From Octopus vulgaris (lineage: Eukaryota): a DNA stretch of 64,000 nt. The stretch is from positions 74,648,001-74,712,000 of the forward strand of contig OX597814.1 of the NCBI GenBank assembly GCA_951406725.2. Reading direction: 5' to 3'. The notes under the pieces are model-generated. The model was not told the origin of the DNA. It did no database searches and saw nothing but the letters and a program-made list of their open reading frames with translations. The position numbers and the translations under genes are program-made. Shown here in pieces: positions 1 through 12,687 of this stretch (positions are counted from its first letter, which is position 1; every line of letters starts with the position of its first letter).

Positions 1-3000
1 GACTGTTTTTCTCCGTTACAAGAATGTTATTTTGCTTTCGGAAAAATCGTTACGATTTTATTACCCAAAAAATTACTTATTTATGTCTTTGAATCACGAT
101 TTAAGTCCAAATTTCTTCCAAAAATAGAATAGATTTGTTTAAGCTATACCAGAGATTTGTTTGTTAGAATCGAGCTGCGCAAATAACTTAAACAGAGAAT
201 TTTGTTCGCTAAAAACATGACTAGCCTTCAGCAAAATTGTAACCAAATATCATTTCAATAAAATTGATGCAAGGTATTACATAGCAGTTTTCTGAGTGGC
301 ACTAACTAATTATGCTGCAAAGTAAAAGAAAACGAACGTGATTTTATCTTTAGTGTATATACCGTTATCAAAATTAGTGGTTTCTTTTCATGTAGACAAT
401 AAGGAGACAAAATATGATATAAGATGTTAGGAAAATAGGTTAAATGAGAGCGTAAACCGGGACACAGACTCAGTTTACTGAAGATTACTTCAAGTTCTTT
501 GTTGTAAGGCAATAACAACAAGAACGCCTCATATTCACACATAGTTGTAAGAAAAATATCGTTAATTGAGTGGATCCTAGCCTTTATTTTATCAGAGATA
601 AACGTCGCTGGAAAGAGTTAATTATTGTTAGACAATAATTAAATACGACGGTTTATAGTAGTATCTGTTATTTCATTAACCTGTTTGGATGATATTCAAC
701 TCGGTTTATGGTTCGAACGAACGGTCATATAATGAATAGTATCATACTGAAGCTACTGTGCTATCCAAGCAATAGTAAAAGCAACCTGGAGTTTCTAGTA
801 ACTGTGTCGTGCTTATAATAATTCTTTCTTTCTGTTATAGGCACAAGGCCTAAAACTTGGTGGGAGAGGGGCAGTCAATTATAACGACCTCAGTGCTCAC
901 CGCCTTTGTCATGCTTATAATGATATAAGAAAAATGTGATTCAGATATATTACAATCTTTATAGATGACAATTTTTGACTAATGACATCAAAATTAGATT
1001 TGTTGATGAACATTTTAGCAACCGAGATATTATGGTTCTTCTATCGTAGATGATCGCTATATTGATTATTTCCTGATAGATATCAAATAGATATCATTTA
1101 TGATGAGATGTGCAAAACAGAGGCAGAATTCTATCGGCGGTAAAAGAGGTTTGATAATTAGACTGTTGAAATTAGTAGAAACACTAGTTCATAGTTAAGT
1201 TCACTTTCAAGCTTGAGATATTTCGATTTGGGAAAATCGGGGTTCTATTTGTTACTTCAGTATGATTATGGAGCATACTAGTGTGAAGACCTCAAGTTTC
1301 AGACTACAGCTTCTTAAAGTAAAAAAAAAAACCTTGCCTTTAAAAACAAAGTAAACTACAACAGCGACAGCAAACTTATGCATGGATCTTGGCAGTTCTC
1401 ATATATATAAAGTGGGAAGATCTAAATACAATACTGCAGAAAACTAGAGATGAGTTAGCAATTCTTTTCCACGGAGCCAGTTTGACGAAAATGAGAGTGA
1501 AATACAAAAGCTATCTCTCACAGTCAAGGCAGCACATGGAGAAGCCTGTCTTAAAAAAGTAATGAACAGAACTTATAGCCTGAATGTAACGGTTTGCTGA
1601 TTTGGGGCGATTCGTGCTCCTTCTATCAGTAACTGCAAGGAACTGAGAAGGAGTTTATGGTTGAGGGCAGAACAAGATGTGACATGTGTGGTGCTGAAGG
1701 CTACTTCAGAGCTTTCTTTCCTCACCAAAAGACAGAGGAGAGGAGGTCTCCACTGCTGCCAATACTACAGCACCAACAACAGCGGCGTACAGCAGTATCA
1801 TCAGTGACAGAAAGATCAGCTATGGCAACAACGAACTAACAACAACAAATCCAAATCCCGTCACCCCGGAAAATATCTAACCTAATTCACTCTCTCTCTT
1901 TTTCTCTCTCTCTCTCTTATTTCCCCCTCTCCCCACTCCTTCAAGCAAACACACACACATGAACACATATGAAAACATACTAAATATCATCTTGTGAGGA
2001 GGTGGAGCAACACCCAACAAAGAAAGACAAAAAGTTTTTAAAAAAAAAGTTACTCTCTCAGCGAACTACAAAATCTCGACAGCATTATCCATAAATCCAC
2101 ACCACCATCTCCAACAGCCATCTTAACAAAAGGAAGGCACACATAGGAGTAGAACCAGCAAAGAGACACGCTGACAACAACAACAATAACAACAAAATCT
2201 GTGGTATTGAGCAGAACATTTGCTGTAGCTCATCTTTTGTACCGTGACAAAACATGCACATATGTGATGCACGCTGTAAAGGCTTTTGTTGTAAGAGAAT
2301 TTCAACGATGTATGAGACTTTCACTAATATTAGTATGTGAGTTTACAAAGTCGATTCCAAAGCTCCAGGAAAAAGCAACAAAGAAAATATCGATAGTAAT
2401 AAAAAAAGAAGAAAAGGAAGAAAGAAAGGCAGAAAAAAGGTAAAGCGGAAGTATATGAAAACGAATCAAGAAAAACTGAAGAGAAGAATAAACTTGGGGT
2501 TGTATCTAACGGAAATAGTTTTTACGAAGACCCTGTGAGATCTCTGACAACAGGGTGCTGTCCACTCTCACAGAATCAAACAGAGCAAGACCGAGAGCTC
2601 TGAAAGGTAAAATAATAATAACAAAAGTATTCAGAGAACGCAAACCTCCGCCAAGGCAACACCAATGTCATCTCAACGATTAGCCAGAAGTGATTTTTAA
2701 AATGAGAATATCTGAAATAAACTGGACTGCTCTTACAAATGAGAATACTAAAAATGAATCCGACCGCTCTCAAATAGAAAAATAATCCAAATATACTATA
2801 TTGAGTGAGAGGTGAAAAACTTATACAGTGAAGAGAGAAGTAGTGAGAGTAATAGCTATGACTTGGAGGGAGTGAGTGAAAGTAACCACAATGAGAAAGA
2901 CGAAGCGGAGTTGCAAAGAGAGTGTCGTATGAATGAGAAAGGAAATGGTGATAGCTGAATAACGAAAGGAATGAAAAAGCTGATAAATGACGTTTGGAGT

Positions 3001-3149
3001 GTGTGTAAAAGAGAGGTATGTTTGCGTGCGTGTGTGTGTATACAATGGAAATAGATGGAAATGTTCAACGCTGAAAATGTGTGAATATATGCGTGTGTGT
3101 ACGTGCGTGTACAAAAGAACTATGTGAAACTTTGCATATACATGTAAAG

Positions 3150-3313
3150 AAAATATTTTAAAAATCGGAAAAATAATCCAGGATCCTTGTCTGGGACTGG
3201 ATCGATCCCAAAATCTAATAAGAATCTTTCCAGCGGTTCTTGAGATATCTTGTCCACGGACAAATAAACAAACAAACACGGTTGAAAACAATACCTCCGC
3301 CTTCGCTAAGGCG

Positions 3314-3318
<5 letters not shown>
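3150..3318. mobile_element. Helentron/DINE-like non-autonomous element fragment
   Basis: acggacaaataaacaaacaaacacggttgaaaacaatacctccgccttcgctaaggcgtggtaat: short tandem (AAAC) tract next to a GC stem-loop terminus, as in HINE/DINE-type ends (family knowledge). Confidence 0.4.
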
Positions 3319-3390
<72 letters not shown>

Positions 3391-3687
3391 TAAAGTCGAG
3401 AAATATGACAGGCTAACTTGGTAAGTTAAGCAGTTTTGGTCAATGAAAAAGGTAGTGGTAGTACCAATAATTGTCGGAGCCCTGGGAACAATGAGCAAAA
3501 ATCTCGAGAAGTACGTGGAAAATATAGGGGCTGCAATAAGGGTGCAGCACTTGCAGAAAATAGCACTGCTTAGAACTGCTCGAATAATCTGGAAGGTGCT
3601 TGAAATATAAGAGGTGTTATCTTAGTTCACTGGTAGTGAACAGCTGACATTGTAGTTTATCTCCAGCGTTAGAAGCTGTGCAAAGGC

Positions 3688-3760
<73 letters not shown>
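3317..3760 (+). mobile_element. 5'-truncated R4/Dong-clade non-LTR retrotransposon 3' end (3389-3688) inserted in an (AAT)n microsatellite
   Basis: Translates KVEKYDRLTW*VKQFWSMKKVVVVPIIVGALGTMSKNLEKYVENIG...LQKIALLRTARIIWKVLE, resembling the C-terminus of a restriction-like endonuclease; (AAT)n on both sides, the known Dong target. Confidence 0.8.
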
Positions 3761-3761
<1 letters not shown>

Positions 3762-3794
3762 TGATTTTGCCACAAGTGCAGCAATGTTGCGGGA

Positions 3795-4295
3795 GGGGAT
3801 TAGTCGATTACATCGACCCCAGTGTTCAACTGGTACTTATTTTATCGACCTCGAAAGGATGAAAGGCAAAAACGACTAAATCTTTTTACTATAGGCACAA
3901 AGTGTGAAATTTTAGTTGAAGGCAGTAGTCGATTACATCGACCCTAGTGCTTGAATGTACTTTATTTTATCGACAGTGGAAGGATGAAAAGCAAAGTTGA
4001 CCACGAATTATTTTAAGACACAAAGTAAAGAGCGCAGAACAAATACGGTAGAGCATCCTAATGAACGATTCTCTCAGACTAATATTCCCTTCTAATATAG
4101 GCACAATGCCTGAAATTTTGCTCAGCAAGTGCTTAACTGGTACTTATTTTAACGACCCCGAAAGGATGAAAGGCAAAATCGACCTTGGTGGAATAATTCT
4201 TTTACTATCAGCGCAAGGTTTGAAATTTCAGGACGAAAAGAAGGACGAAATACCGCTAAGCATTTCGTCCAGCGTGCAAACGATCCTGCCAGCTC
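3795..4295 (-). mobile_element. Cluster of tRNA-derived SINE fragments (octopus OK-like)
   Basis: Three partial copies of gtcgattacatcgaccccagtg...actggtacttattttatcgaccccgaaaggatgaaaggcaaa; the same family is full length at 9383-9611. Confidence 0.75.
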
Positions 4296-6556
4296 CCCAT
4301 CTTTTTATCAGAAATAACAATAATCGGTTCTTCATTGTCATAATGCCTACCATGCCTAACAAATATAATTGAGGAATGGCAAGATGCATTTAAATGTAGG
4401 ATTGTGTGCATTCTATAATATATAAAGCTGTTGATTCACCGGCTTGGAGCCATCACAGAGGGAGAGTTTTCTTACATGCATCAATGCAAGTCAGAGTGTA
4501 ACAAAACAACAATCCTAAATACGAAAACACTGTAGCAACAAATATCACACTGATAAAATGATGCTATTAATTTGGATGCCTGTATATCCTTCAAGATAAA
4601 TCAAATCGAATTGAACTTTTGAGATACATACATCGTGGTTTTCAGATTTCTGATATATGTTTCTTTTTGTCTTCTATAAATTCTTTCACCGGCGCTCTTT
4701 TGTGCTGGAAAAACTCTTTTGATAAATATAGGTTTCTTTTTTTCTTATCTTTCTTCTATTTGTATGTATATTAAATAAAGTGTCACAAATTCATTTATTT
4801 TTCTACTTTTACGTTACCTGTTACGTAACGGTATTTTTTTGTGAAACCATAAACGTGCTCACTACCGACAATACATTTCTAATATTTGGAACAATATTTA
4901 AGAAACGGATCTATTGTCTCTTTGAATGAAAGAGTGATTATTCAATTTGAAGAGTTTTTAAAAACTTTTCCATTAAAGATTGGTTTTTTAAAATTTTTTG
5001 CGACGTTCTTTTGTATTAGCACTCTTTTGTCGCTCGTTCTATCTCTAATACGTTCTTTTGTCTAACTCGCTTATTTCAATGTAATCATTTGCCCTAGTCA
5101 TGATTGTTATTCTCACCCAGCTTTCAACAAATTTATTGAAAAGCAACACCTTCCTCTCCATCCCCACCTTCCAAAAAGTCAGGGGGATGGTCTAAGAAGA
5201 AAGAAATATTCAGTCTTTTTCGTGGCTCTCATCATGTTTTCGTCATAGTAAAAAATACATAGGAAAACCACCCTCTTTTACCTGTTCAAAAGAAGCTGGT
5301 GGGCAATCTTCATTATGTACTTAGCAGATAAACAAATCCCTCCTACACAAAACAACAACTGTTCGACAAAATACCACAAGACAACTGGAGCAAACGATTG
5401 CGTGCACAACAGTGTATCGTGCTCTCTGCGCAGAGATTTTGGTAGCAGATGGACCGCCTGACTTGTAGAACACAATATTTCCACAAAAAGTAAAAGAGCA
5501 AACTTTCTGATCTTGTTAGGCGAGAACTGAGGCAAGTTATGACAGTGAAGCTGAAATATATAGCTGGACTGAGCCAAACCCCAAGCAACATAACTTGTCC
5601 GTCGGTCCATCGCCTTATATTAAATATGTTGTACTGCCAAGCTAGTTCACTATAAATACCACCAACATTTTCGGTTGATCTTTCTTTTTTCTTTTCAAAA
5701 GCCGTTTTTGTGTTGTTTAAGTATACGTAATATAAAGAAAGGAATCTAGCGCCTTACATGGAGTTCTTACTCTCGTTTCACCAACTTAATTGGCGTAACC
5801 CCACCAATCTACCCAGCTTCATACAGTTTTAAAAAGCTACTAACCGTCTTGATATTCGTTATGTGCAGCACATTATAGTGACTTCGTCTGCATACACCGA
5901 CAAGTGTTTCACAAGTCCCAGATCAAAAAGGAAACTTATGAATATCTGCAATACCAATGGCTCCTGAGTCAGAACAAACAGAAGAACAGAGAAAGAGCAT
6001 CCTTGATAGTCCGAGCGTGTGATTCGATAAGTGACCATATAATCTGGCCATCGCAGATATGCCGTTGTACATTGAGGTCATTCATTCTCAGAAAACGAGA
6101 CTGAGATTCTTTTCTCTGAGGAGAGGTACACTCTAACGATTATCAAATAGCGAAGCTTGCCATTGATCAAAATTTATCAAGGCCCCACCGAAATCAGCTT
6201 TGTTATTTGCCCTTTCTATCATGTATCGCATGAGGTAAAATTATCGTAGAGATTTTCCTGAGCTCCAATGTCTGCTGCATTCCAGTCATCCACTGACGAC
6301 TGGTAACTGATGGTTTTGGGGTCTTGTTGTTTGTAACTTTTGGTGAGCCATGGTGCAACCAACAACATGGTAAAAATCCTTGCCATTAATTTGGTGTGGA
6401 TGGGTAATATCAAATAATTCAATCAGAACATATACTTAAATTAAACATGAAAAAATTGAAATATTATCTTTTAGTATTTTATAAGGTAAAATCTTAGATT
6501 ATTAATTGACTCGTTATTAATTATCTTATAACAGCGATGCCTGGAAAAATCATGGA

Positions 6557-7069
6557 TTACATGGAAAAATGCGAGCATGAAAAGTCAAATTCTTCGGATT
6601 ATAAATCTGGAAATGTACAGGATAAGTTATTACACCTGTAAAAGTATAGGACAAGTTATTATTTCTAGTAAAGTAAAGAATAAGAAACTTTTTACTTAAA
6701 ATATTGCAGCTAAAATTAAAATTTGAATATTAAAACTTATTTTATTATAGTTTATAAATAACACTATACTTATTTAAGTAGAATTTGGCTAATTTACTAC
6801 CTTAAATACAGGAAAAAGTGACTAATTAGACAAACTTACAAATTAGCTGAACAGTTTTATACAATAAATTTAAAAGATGAGAACTGTAAAGAGTGATAAA
6901 TTAGAAGAAATGGCATTCTTAATATTTTAAGTAAACAGTTTCTTATTCGTTACTTTACTAGAAGTAATAGCTTGTCCTATACTTTTACAGGTGTAATAAC
7001 TTGTCCTGTACTTTTCCAGGTTTATAATCTTAAGAATATGATTTTTTGTGCTCGCATTTTCCCATGTAA
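6557..7069. mobile_element. Foldback/MITE-like element with ~150-bp imperfect inverted arms
   Basis: ttacatggaaaaatgcgagca...ttacacctgtaaaagtataggacaag...ttacttaaaatatt is mirrored by aatattttaagtaa...cttgtcctatacttttacaggtgtaa...tgctcgcattttcccatgtaa. Confidence 0.75.
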
Positions 7070-8640
7070 ATAATTTTCTCGGTTATATATCTGCTGGCCA
7101 GCAACTATTCTAGAAATACATAATATACCCACAATTAAATTTATTTACTTTAATATAAACCTTGTAAAGTCATAGGAAATGAATGCGATATTAAAAGAAT
7201 ATCATGGTAACTCTGAAAAACAAAGAACATAATCCAACTTTAAACCTCTTTTAAACATTTTAAACATTTTTCTACAATTTTTCTTGAACAAGTGAATAAC
7301 AAAATCAGGATCAGCGTGAAAAATTACATCAAAATATCGAATTTGAAAATTTCTACTAAATTTTAAAATTTCAAAAACTGTGACAGCAACAACATATCCG
7401 TTAAAATCCAAATTGAATGCGGAAACAGTATGAAAGTAACCAACTTGAGGACAGCATCACTAATAAGGTATGGAGCAGGAGCTATATCATGCATAAAGAA
7501 TTAGGCGAATTTTTTGTTCAGTTTGTTCACTTTATATGTTAATTGTTTGCTTCAATGATTCGTTTCTTTAGAAACTATTGCAGCAAGAAGTGTAAAAGTG
7601 TAAATAATAACAAAACAAAAGAAAATTGTGTATTTTGAAAAGTTTGTAATTTTATCTCATCAGAACGCTATTCCATTTCTTTTCAGAGTAAAAGATACTT
7701 ATTGAGCCATGACTATCCTTAAAAAGATGTTAACAAAAAGAACAGCTGACGAAATGCGTTTATGTCAATTAATTTTAAATATTAATGAGTTACGATACTT
7801 AATAGGGCAAAGTAAAACGTGAAGAGTAATGCCCTGATTTCATTTGGTAATATTTCGTTTATTTCTTCAGCTTTTGTGAAGAAATGAGAAAGTGAGGTGC
7901 ACATTAAATGTAACACTACTTTATATCCTTTTAAGCAGAAAAAAACACAGATTTTAAAAAAGGAAAAGGAAGAGAAAAACAGCTTTGAATGGTCGGAATG
8001 CACCGGAGAAGCTAAAGTAAAAGAATAAGGTAAAGTAAACAGATTCAATTATCCACATGCTTTATAGCACACCACCTGTCCAATGGATATTTTTAGAGAA
8101 ATATACTCCCTTGTAAGCATTCAGGCCAGGTCTTCAGACCGACTCGAACTTCCTCATTGTCGCCAGTCTTGTTGGCCTTGATGTAGGACAAAGGCGGTGT
8201 TGTTTCTCTCCTGATGATAACATAAAAATGCGCATTATTTATAAGGTTTTTTGATATATTGCCATTTGTACAGGACTTTAACAAGACAGTCGGTAAGCAG
8301 CTGTTTATATATATATACAATTGATTTGTAGCATGTAGCAATCAACTTGACATCTGTCATTTGAACTCTAACTTCCCGCTTGTTTTCTTTATGTTACTGC
8401 CTCTATAATGTGAAGTGTCTACTGACAATTAGCAAGGTAATATAATCTGAAACTGAATATGTAGTCAAAATAAATAGCTATGGATGAAAGATAGAGCAAC
8501 AAAAGGTGCTCTGTTATTAAGATGATAAACTGGAAGTAATAAAAAAAAACATGAAAGTGATGGCGACAAAACAAGAATAGAGGCGAACCTTAAGAGTGAC
8601 TGAAGTCAACAGTGTGAACAGTTAAAAGAAATATAGATGA

Positions 8641-9026
8641 CTAGCAGTATCGCCCGGCGTTGCTCAGGTTTGTAAGGGAAATAACTATAAAGCATTTTTA
8701 GAGAGTTATAGCCAAAAAATAGCAAAAAAATGGAAAAAAATGATGGTAAATTTTTTTTTGAGAGTAAAAAAAGGTTGAGTTGCGTCCCCTAGACAGTCTG
8801 TGGTTTGTTTCTTTTGATTCTGGACCCCATGTCGAATTTATCGATTTTTTTCAGAACTGGGGGAACTTTTCAAAATTTTCGCTGCGTTAGTTTTGAATTA
8901 TGACATTGGGCTATGTGTGTGTCAAGTTTCATCAGAATCGGTTGAAAGCCGTGGTCAGGGTGAGGGTACGAGAAAACAGACACACAGAAACACGCACAGA
9001 CAAACTGCCGTTTATATAGAGAGAGA
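8641..9026 (-). mobile_element. Non-autonomous Helitron
   Basis: Minus strand begins TC(tctctatataaacggcagtttgtctgtg) and ends with hairpin cctgagcaacgccggg plus CTAG; inserted between A and T with no TSD. Confidence 0.75.
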
Positions 9027-9382
9027 TTATTAGGATGTTTAAAAAAATGATCAAAAATAGAAGTTAGAACAAATATTCAGTGTTGATGAAACAGACCTAT
9101 TTCCGAAAAGAATATCTCCAGAAACATTTTATTTTCGTCTAAGAAAGTAAACCTCACAACACTGTTTGGGAGGAAATATTAAAGGTGACTTTAAATTAAA
9201 ACCTCAATGTATGTGTCCGCACACAGAACACTATTTAAAGGCTAAAATAAGCAATCTCTTTCATTATTTAGGCATTGTACCAAGAAAGAATGATTTCTCC
9301 AAAGTACTTTTTAAACACTGGTGACAGAAACATTTTGAAAAGCGAAAGATGTTTGAGAATTTTATTAATTTTACATAATACC

Positions 9383-9611
9383 TATTTCTTTATTACCCAC
9401 AAGGGCTAAACACAGAGGGGACAAACAAGGACAGACATAGGTATTAAGTCGATTACATCGACCCCAGTGCGTAACTGGTACTTAATTTATCGACCCCGAA
9501 AGGATGAAAGGCAAAGTCGACCTCGGCGGAATTTGAACTCACAACGTAACGCAGACGAAATACCGCTAAGCATTTCGCCCGGCGTGCTAACGTTTCTGCC
9601 AGCTCGCCGCC
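9383..9611 (-). mobile_element. Full-length tRNA-derived SINE with a Tx1-LINE-type 3' tail; 17-bp TSD
   Basis: Minus strand ggcggcgagctggcagaaacgttag (A box)...gagttcaaattcc (B box)...tgtcccctctgtgtttagcccttgtgggtaataaagaaata; direct repeat taattttacataatacc at 9366-9382 and 9644-9660. Confidence 0.85.
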
Positions 9612-10273
9612 TTTCAATTTAATTAATACCGATAATTTTACTATAATTTTACATAATACCGATGGTCATCTGACTGCACTGAGTAATTAGCACGAAAATG
9701 TTAAAATCGTTTTATACCCTCAATACGACAGCCCTTTTACAAACAATAGACCAAAGGGTGATCACAGCTTTTAAGTTTTATTTTTAAGAAAGAACTCATT
9801 ACACAAGCAAATAAGTTACGATTGATTTGAGTGAAATTCTGGTGGCTGAATACTGGAAATAATTAAATATAAGAGACATCATTGAAAATATTCATGAGTC
9901 ATATGATTTATTTGGAAGCTCATCATATGAGTTATTTGGAAGCATGTTTTATCTCATATTAATGTTTTGTTTATTTCTCACTTTCGTAAAATCAATGAAA
10001 TGCTTTACTCATTTTCCATATCAATCTGCAGCCATCCTATATAAATTTTCCCTTCACAGCGTCAATTCTCTGTCAAACATGCATACGCCATATCAATAAG
10101 TAAAAGGCGCACGAAAATATAGCATTTATCCCCATACAAATGGTATGTTGTTCTTAGTGAAGCCGGGTATCGACCCCAGAAGGTCAAAAATTTAAAGTTG
10201 ACATTGGTGAGATATAAATCTATAACGTAGAGCGTTGCTCCTTTGTTGTGACGATGCCAGCTCTATAATAATT

Positions 10274-10318
<45 letters not shown>

Positions 10319-10569
10319 TTATCTACCTACCATTTTAATGTGGCCAAATTAGTGGATCATTCATTCTTCTCCATGAATGGATGTTGTTTTCACGGCGATA
10401 ATGCTCTTCTCAGTACACGAACCGTTCCAGTTAACACGATTTTTTGCACTTCCAGTAGGGATGGTAAGCCTGGTATCATTTTCAAATAGGTGTCAGTACC
10501 TTTTTTTATCATTCCCAGAGCTGCCACATTTTTCAATTTCTATTAGCAAGTCTTTATATTTACTGATCT

Positions 10570-10714
10570 TTATTATTATTATTATTATTATTATTGTTAT
10601 TATTATTATTATTGTTATTATTATTATTATTACTATTATTATTCAAGTCACTACCTGGAATCGAACTCGGAATCTTGGGGTTAGTAGCCCGGGTTCTTAA
10701 CCACTACGCCATAT
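10570..10714 (-). mobile_element. tRNA-like SINE head followed by (AAT)n
   Basis: Minus strand tggcgtagtggttaagaacccgggctactaaccccaagattccgagttcgattcc has A and B boxes, then an (AAT)n tail. Confidence 0.6.
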
Positions 10715-11149
10715 GTCCGTGGGCATTTTAGATTTTGTTGGAGTCTCTTTCTATCATCATCTCTGGTTATTTTCCTAAGTAATAAAGATAACCTCTCTTT
10801 GATTTCGTTATTTAGATGTTAAGAGCGCGGGCTACTAACCACAACATTATCGACCATACATTCTTATTGTACATGCGTAATGTGTTTGCCGGTAGGTTGC
10901 GATTTTATGTGATGGCGATAACTCTCTCAAACCGCGGGTACTAAAGCACCCGAAAGTCATGGATAGGATCGGCGGGACAACTCACACCGAATCCCATTCA
11001 GGAATGATGGACATCGATGTTTCAGCATTTTTGTGGCTTATTAACATCACGTACCCGAACCGAATAGGAGGTGAATCATACCGCCATTCCAGGGGTTATA
11101 TTTATGTAGTGTAAAAACTTAAGTCGATGATATACATACATCATATATA

Positions 11150-11196
<47 letters not shown>

Positions 11197-11395
11197 TATG
11201 GTGAGGTGCGTGAGTGCGTGTCTTTGTGTCTGTGACTGTCTGCCACCACCGCTTGACAACCGGTGTTGGAGTGTTCACAACTCCGTAACTTAGCGGTTCG
11301 GCAAAAGACACTGACATAATAAGTACTAAGCTTTAAAAAAAGCAAAATAAGTACTGAGTACTGAGTCTAATGACTGAAACAGATAAAAGATAAAG
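11150..11395 (+). mobile_element. SINE 3' part with (GT)n
   Basis: ccaccaccgcttgacaaccggtgttgg...cgtaacttagcggttcggcaaaaga; related copies at ~25085-25355, 44505-44765, 53155-53530 and (minus strand) 57295-57725. Confidence 0.65.
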
Positions 11396-12539
11396 CAATG
11401 CTGAAATTAAGGAAATAAGTAATAGAGCAAAAGATATTTTACTTTATATCTTTTTTTTTCTGTTATAGAACTTTATATACAGCATTCCACAAACAAGAAA
11501 TTTTAACGATCAAACAGTCTTCTTTAATTTAACATTTTCATAATTGTAACTCCTGCGCATCCTCATCGTGCTGCAAATTGACTTTGATCAGCAAATGCCT
11601 TTATATGTGAAGTCTGGAGTCAATATAAACGACTAACAGCCTCCCCATTGTGCTTTTGTTAGGAACAATTATTTAAGACTGGTGGATTTGCAGAATCGTT
11701 TAATCGAGGAACAAAATGCCTTGCGGAGTTCATTCCGGCTCTTTACGTGTTGAGTTCAAATCCAGTCAAAGTAAACTTTGCTTTTTATCTCCCCGAAGTC
11801 AAAAAAGTAAAGTATCAGCCATGCACTGGATTCGATAATATCGGCTTATACCCTCGCCCCAAATATAACTGACCTTTTGCCCATTTCAGAAACATTTATT
11901 ATTACTTTTACAGCAAAAGTGTGGCTTTGACATTTCTACTGACTCTACCTCCGACACACGAAGTCGGAGCTATTTACCTTATCTTACTACTGTGACCAGT
12001 ATGGCGGACTTGTGATAGGGGCAAATATAGAGATTTAGACACTTCTGCACTGATTGTTAAATATTACAATGGAATATGTGACAGTTAAATATACAGCATT
12101 GTCGTCAGACTACAAGATCGTCCTGTGCATGCTGAATTACAAATGCGTCACGAAAAGATTAGATCAGACGAATAAATGCTATTATGCAATTGCCTGTTTA
12201 TATAATGACACTGCAATGTAGCTTGCTTCATTGCTGACATTGTAGTTATTCGAGAGCAAGTATGATAGCCCGGAAAATTATCTTTTTCTTATATACAATT
12301 TGTCTCAGTAATAATGCAAGTATGCTTTATCCATTGAACACCATGTTTCAGTGCATATTCCTATGTATGTTTCTGGATCATTTACTTATATCATTTACTA
12401 ATTGAACTGTCAAAAAGTTGCATCAAAAGCAGTTTAAGTTCTACATTACTTATAAAATGACAGAATCTGATTTAAATACATGAATGGGATTTAAATACCA
12501 GTAAAATGCCAGAATTTAAAGTTAAATGACAGCAATTAT

Positions 12540-12582
12540 ACTACTACTACTACTGCTTCTACTGCTGCTGCAGCTGCTGCTT

Positions 12583-12662
<80 letters not shown>

Positions 12663-12687
12663 ACTACTACTACCACCACTACTACTG
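12540..12687. repeat. (CTA)n/(CTG)n microsatellite
   Basis: Direct reading; explains the spurious poly-Leu ORF. Confidence 0.95.

Larger units (their letters stand above)
8490..9950 (+). pseudogene. Decayed pogo/Tigger-like DDE transposase interrupted by a Helitron and a SINE
   Basis: Frameshifted motifs IFSVDETDLFPKR (~9075), GGNIKGDFKLKP (~9170), LHNTDGH (~9650) and NTTALLQTIDQRVITAFKFYFLR (~9722) match the Tigger DETGL/GDFKLKP/DNAPGH/NTT-QPMDQGVI pattern. Confidence 0.75.

Noticed and set aside
1500-2780. Possible host gene 5' exon(s) (unique sequence with AG|GTAAA motifs near 2440 and 2607)
   Set aside because: No recognisable ORF or homology; cannot be supported without transcripts.
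5880-6420. Coding-like composition
   Set aside because: Stops in all frames and no motif I can identify.
10640-10714. tRNA gene (ACT anticodon-like loop); also 52860-52930
   Set aside because: No proper acceptor stem, and followed by SINE body or tail; these are SINE heads.
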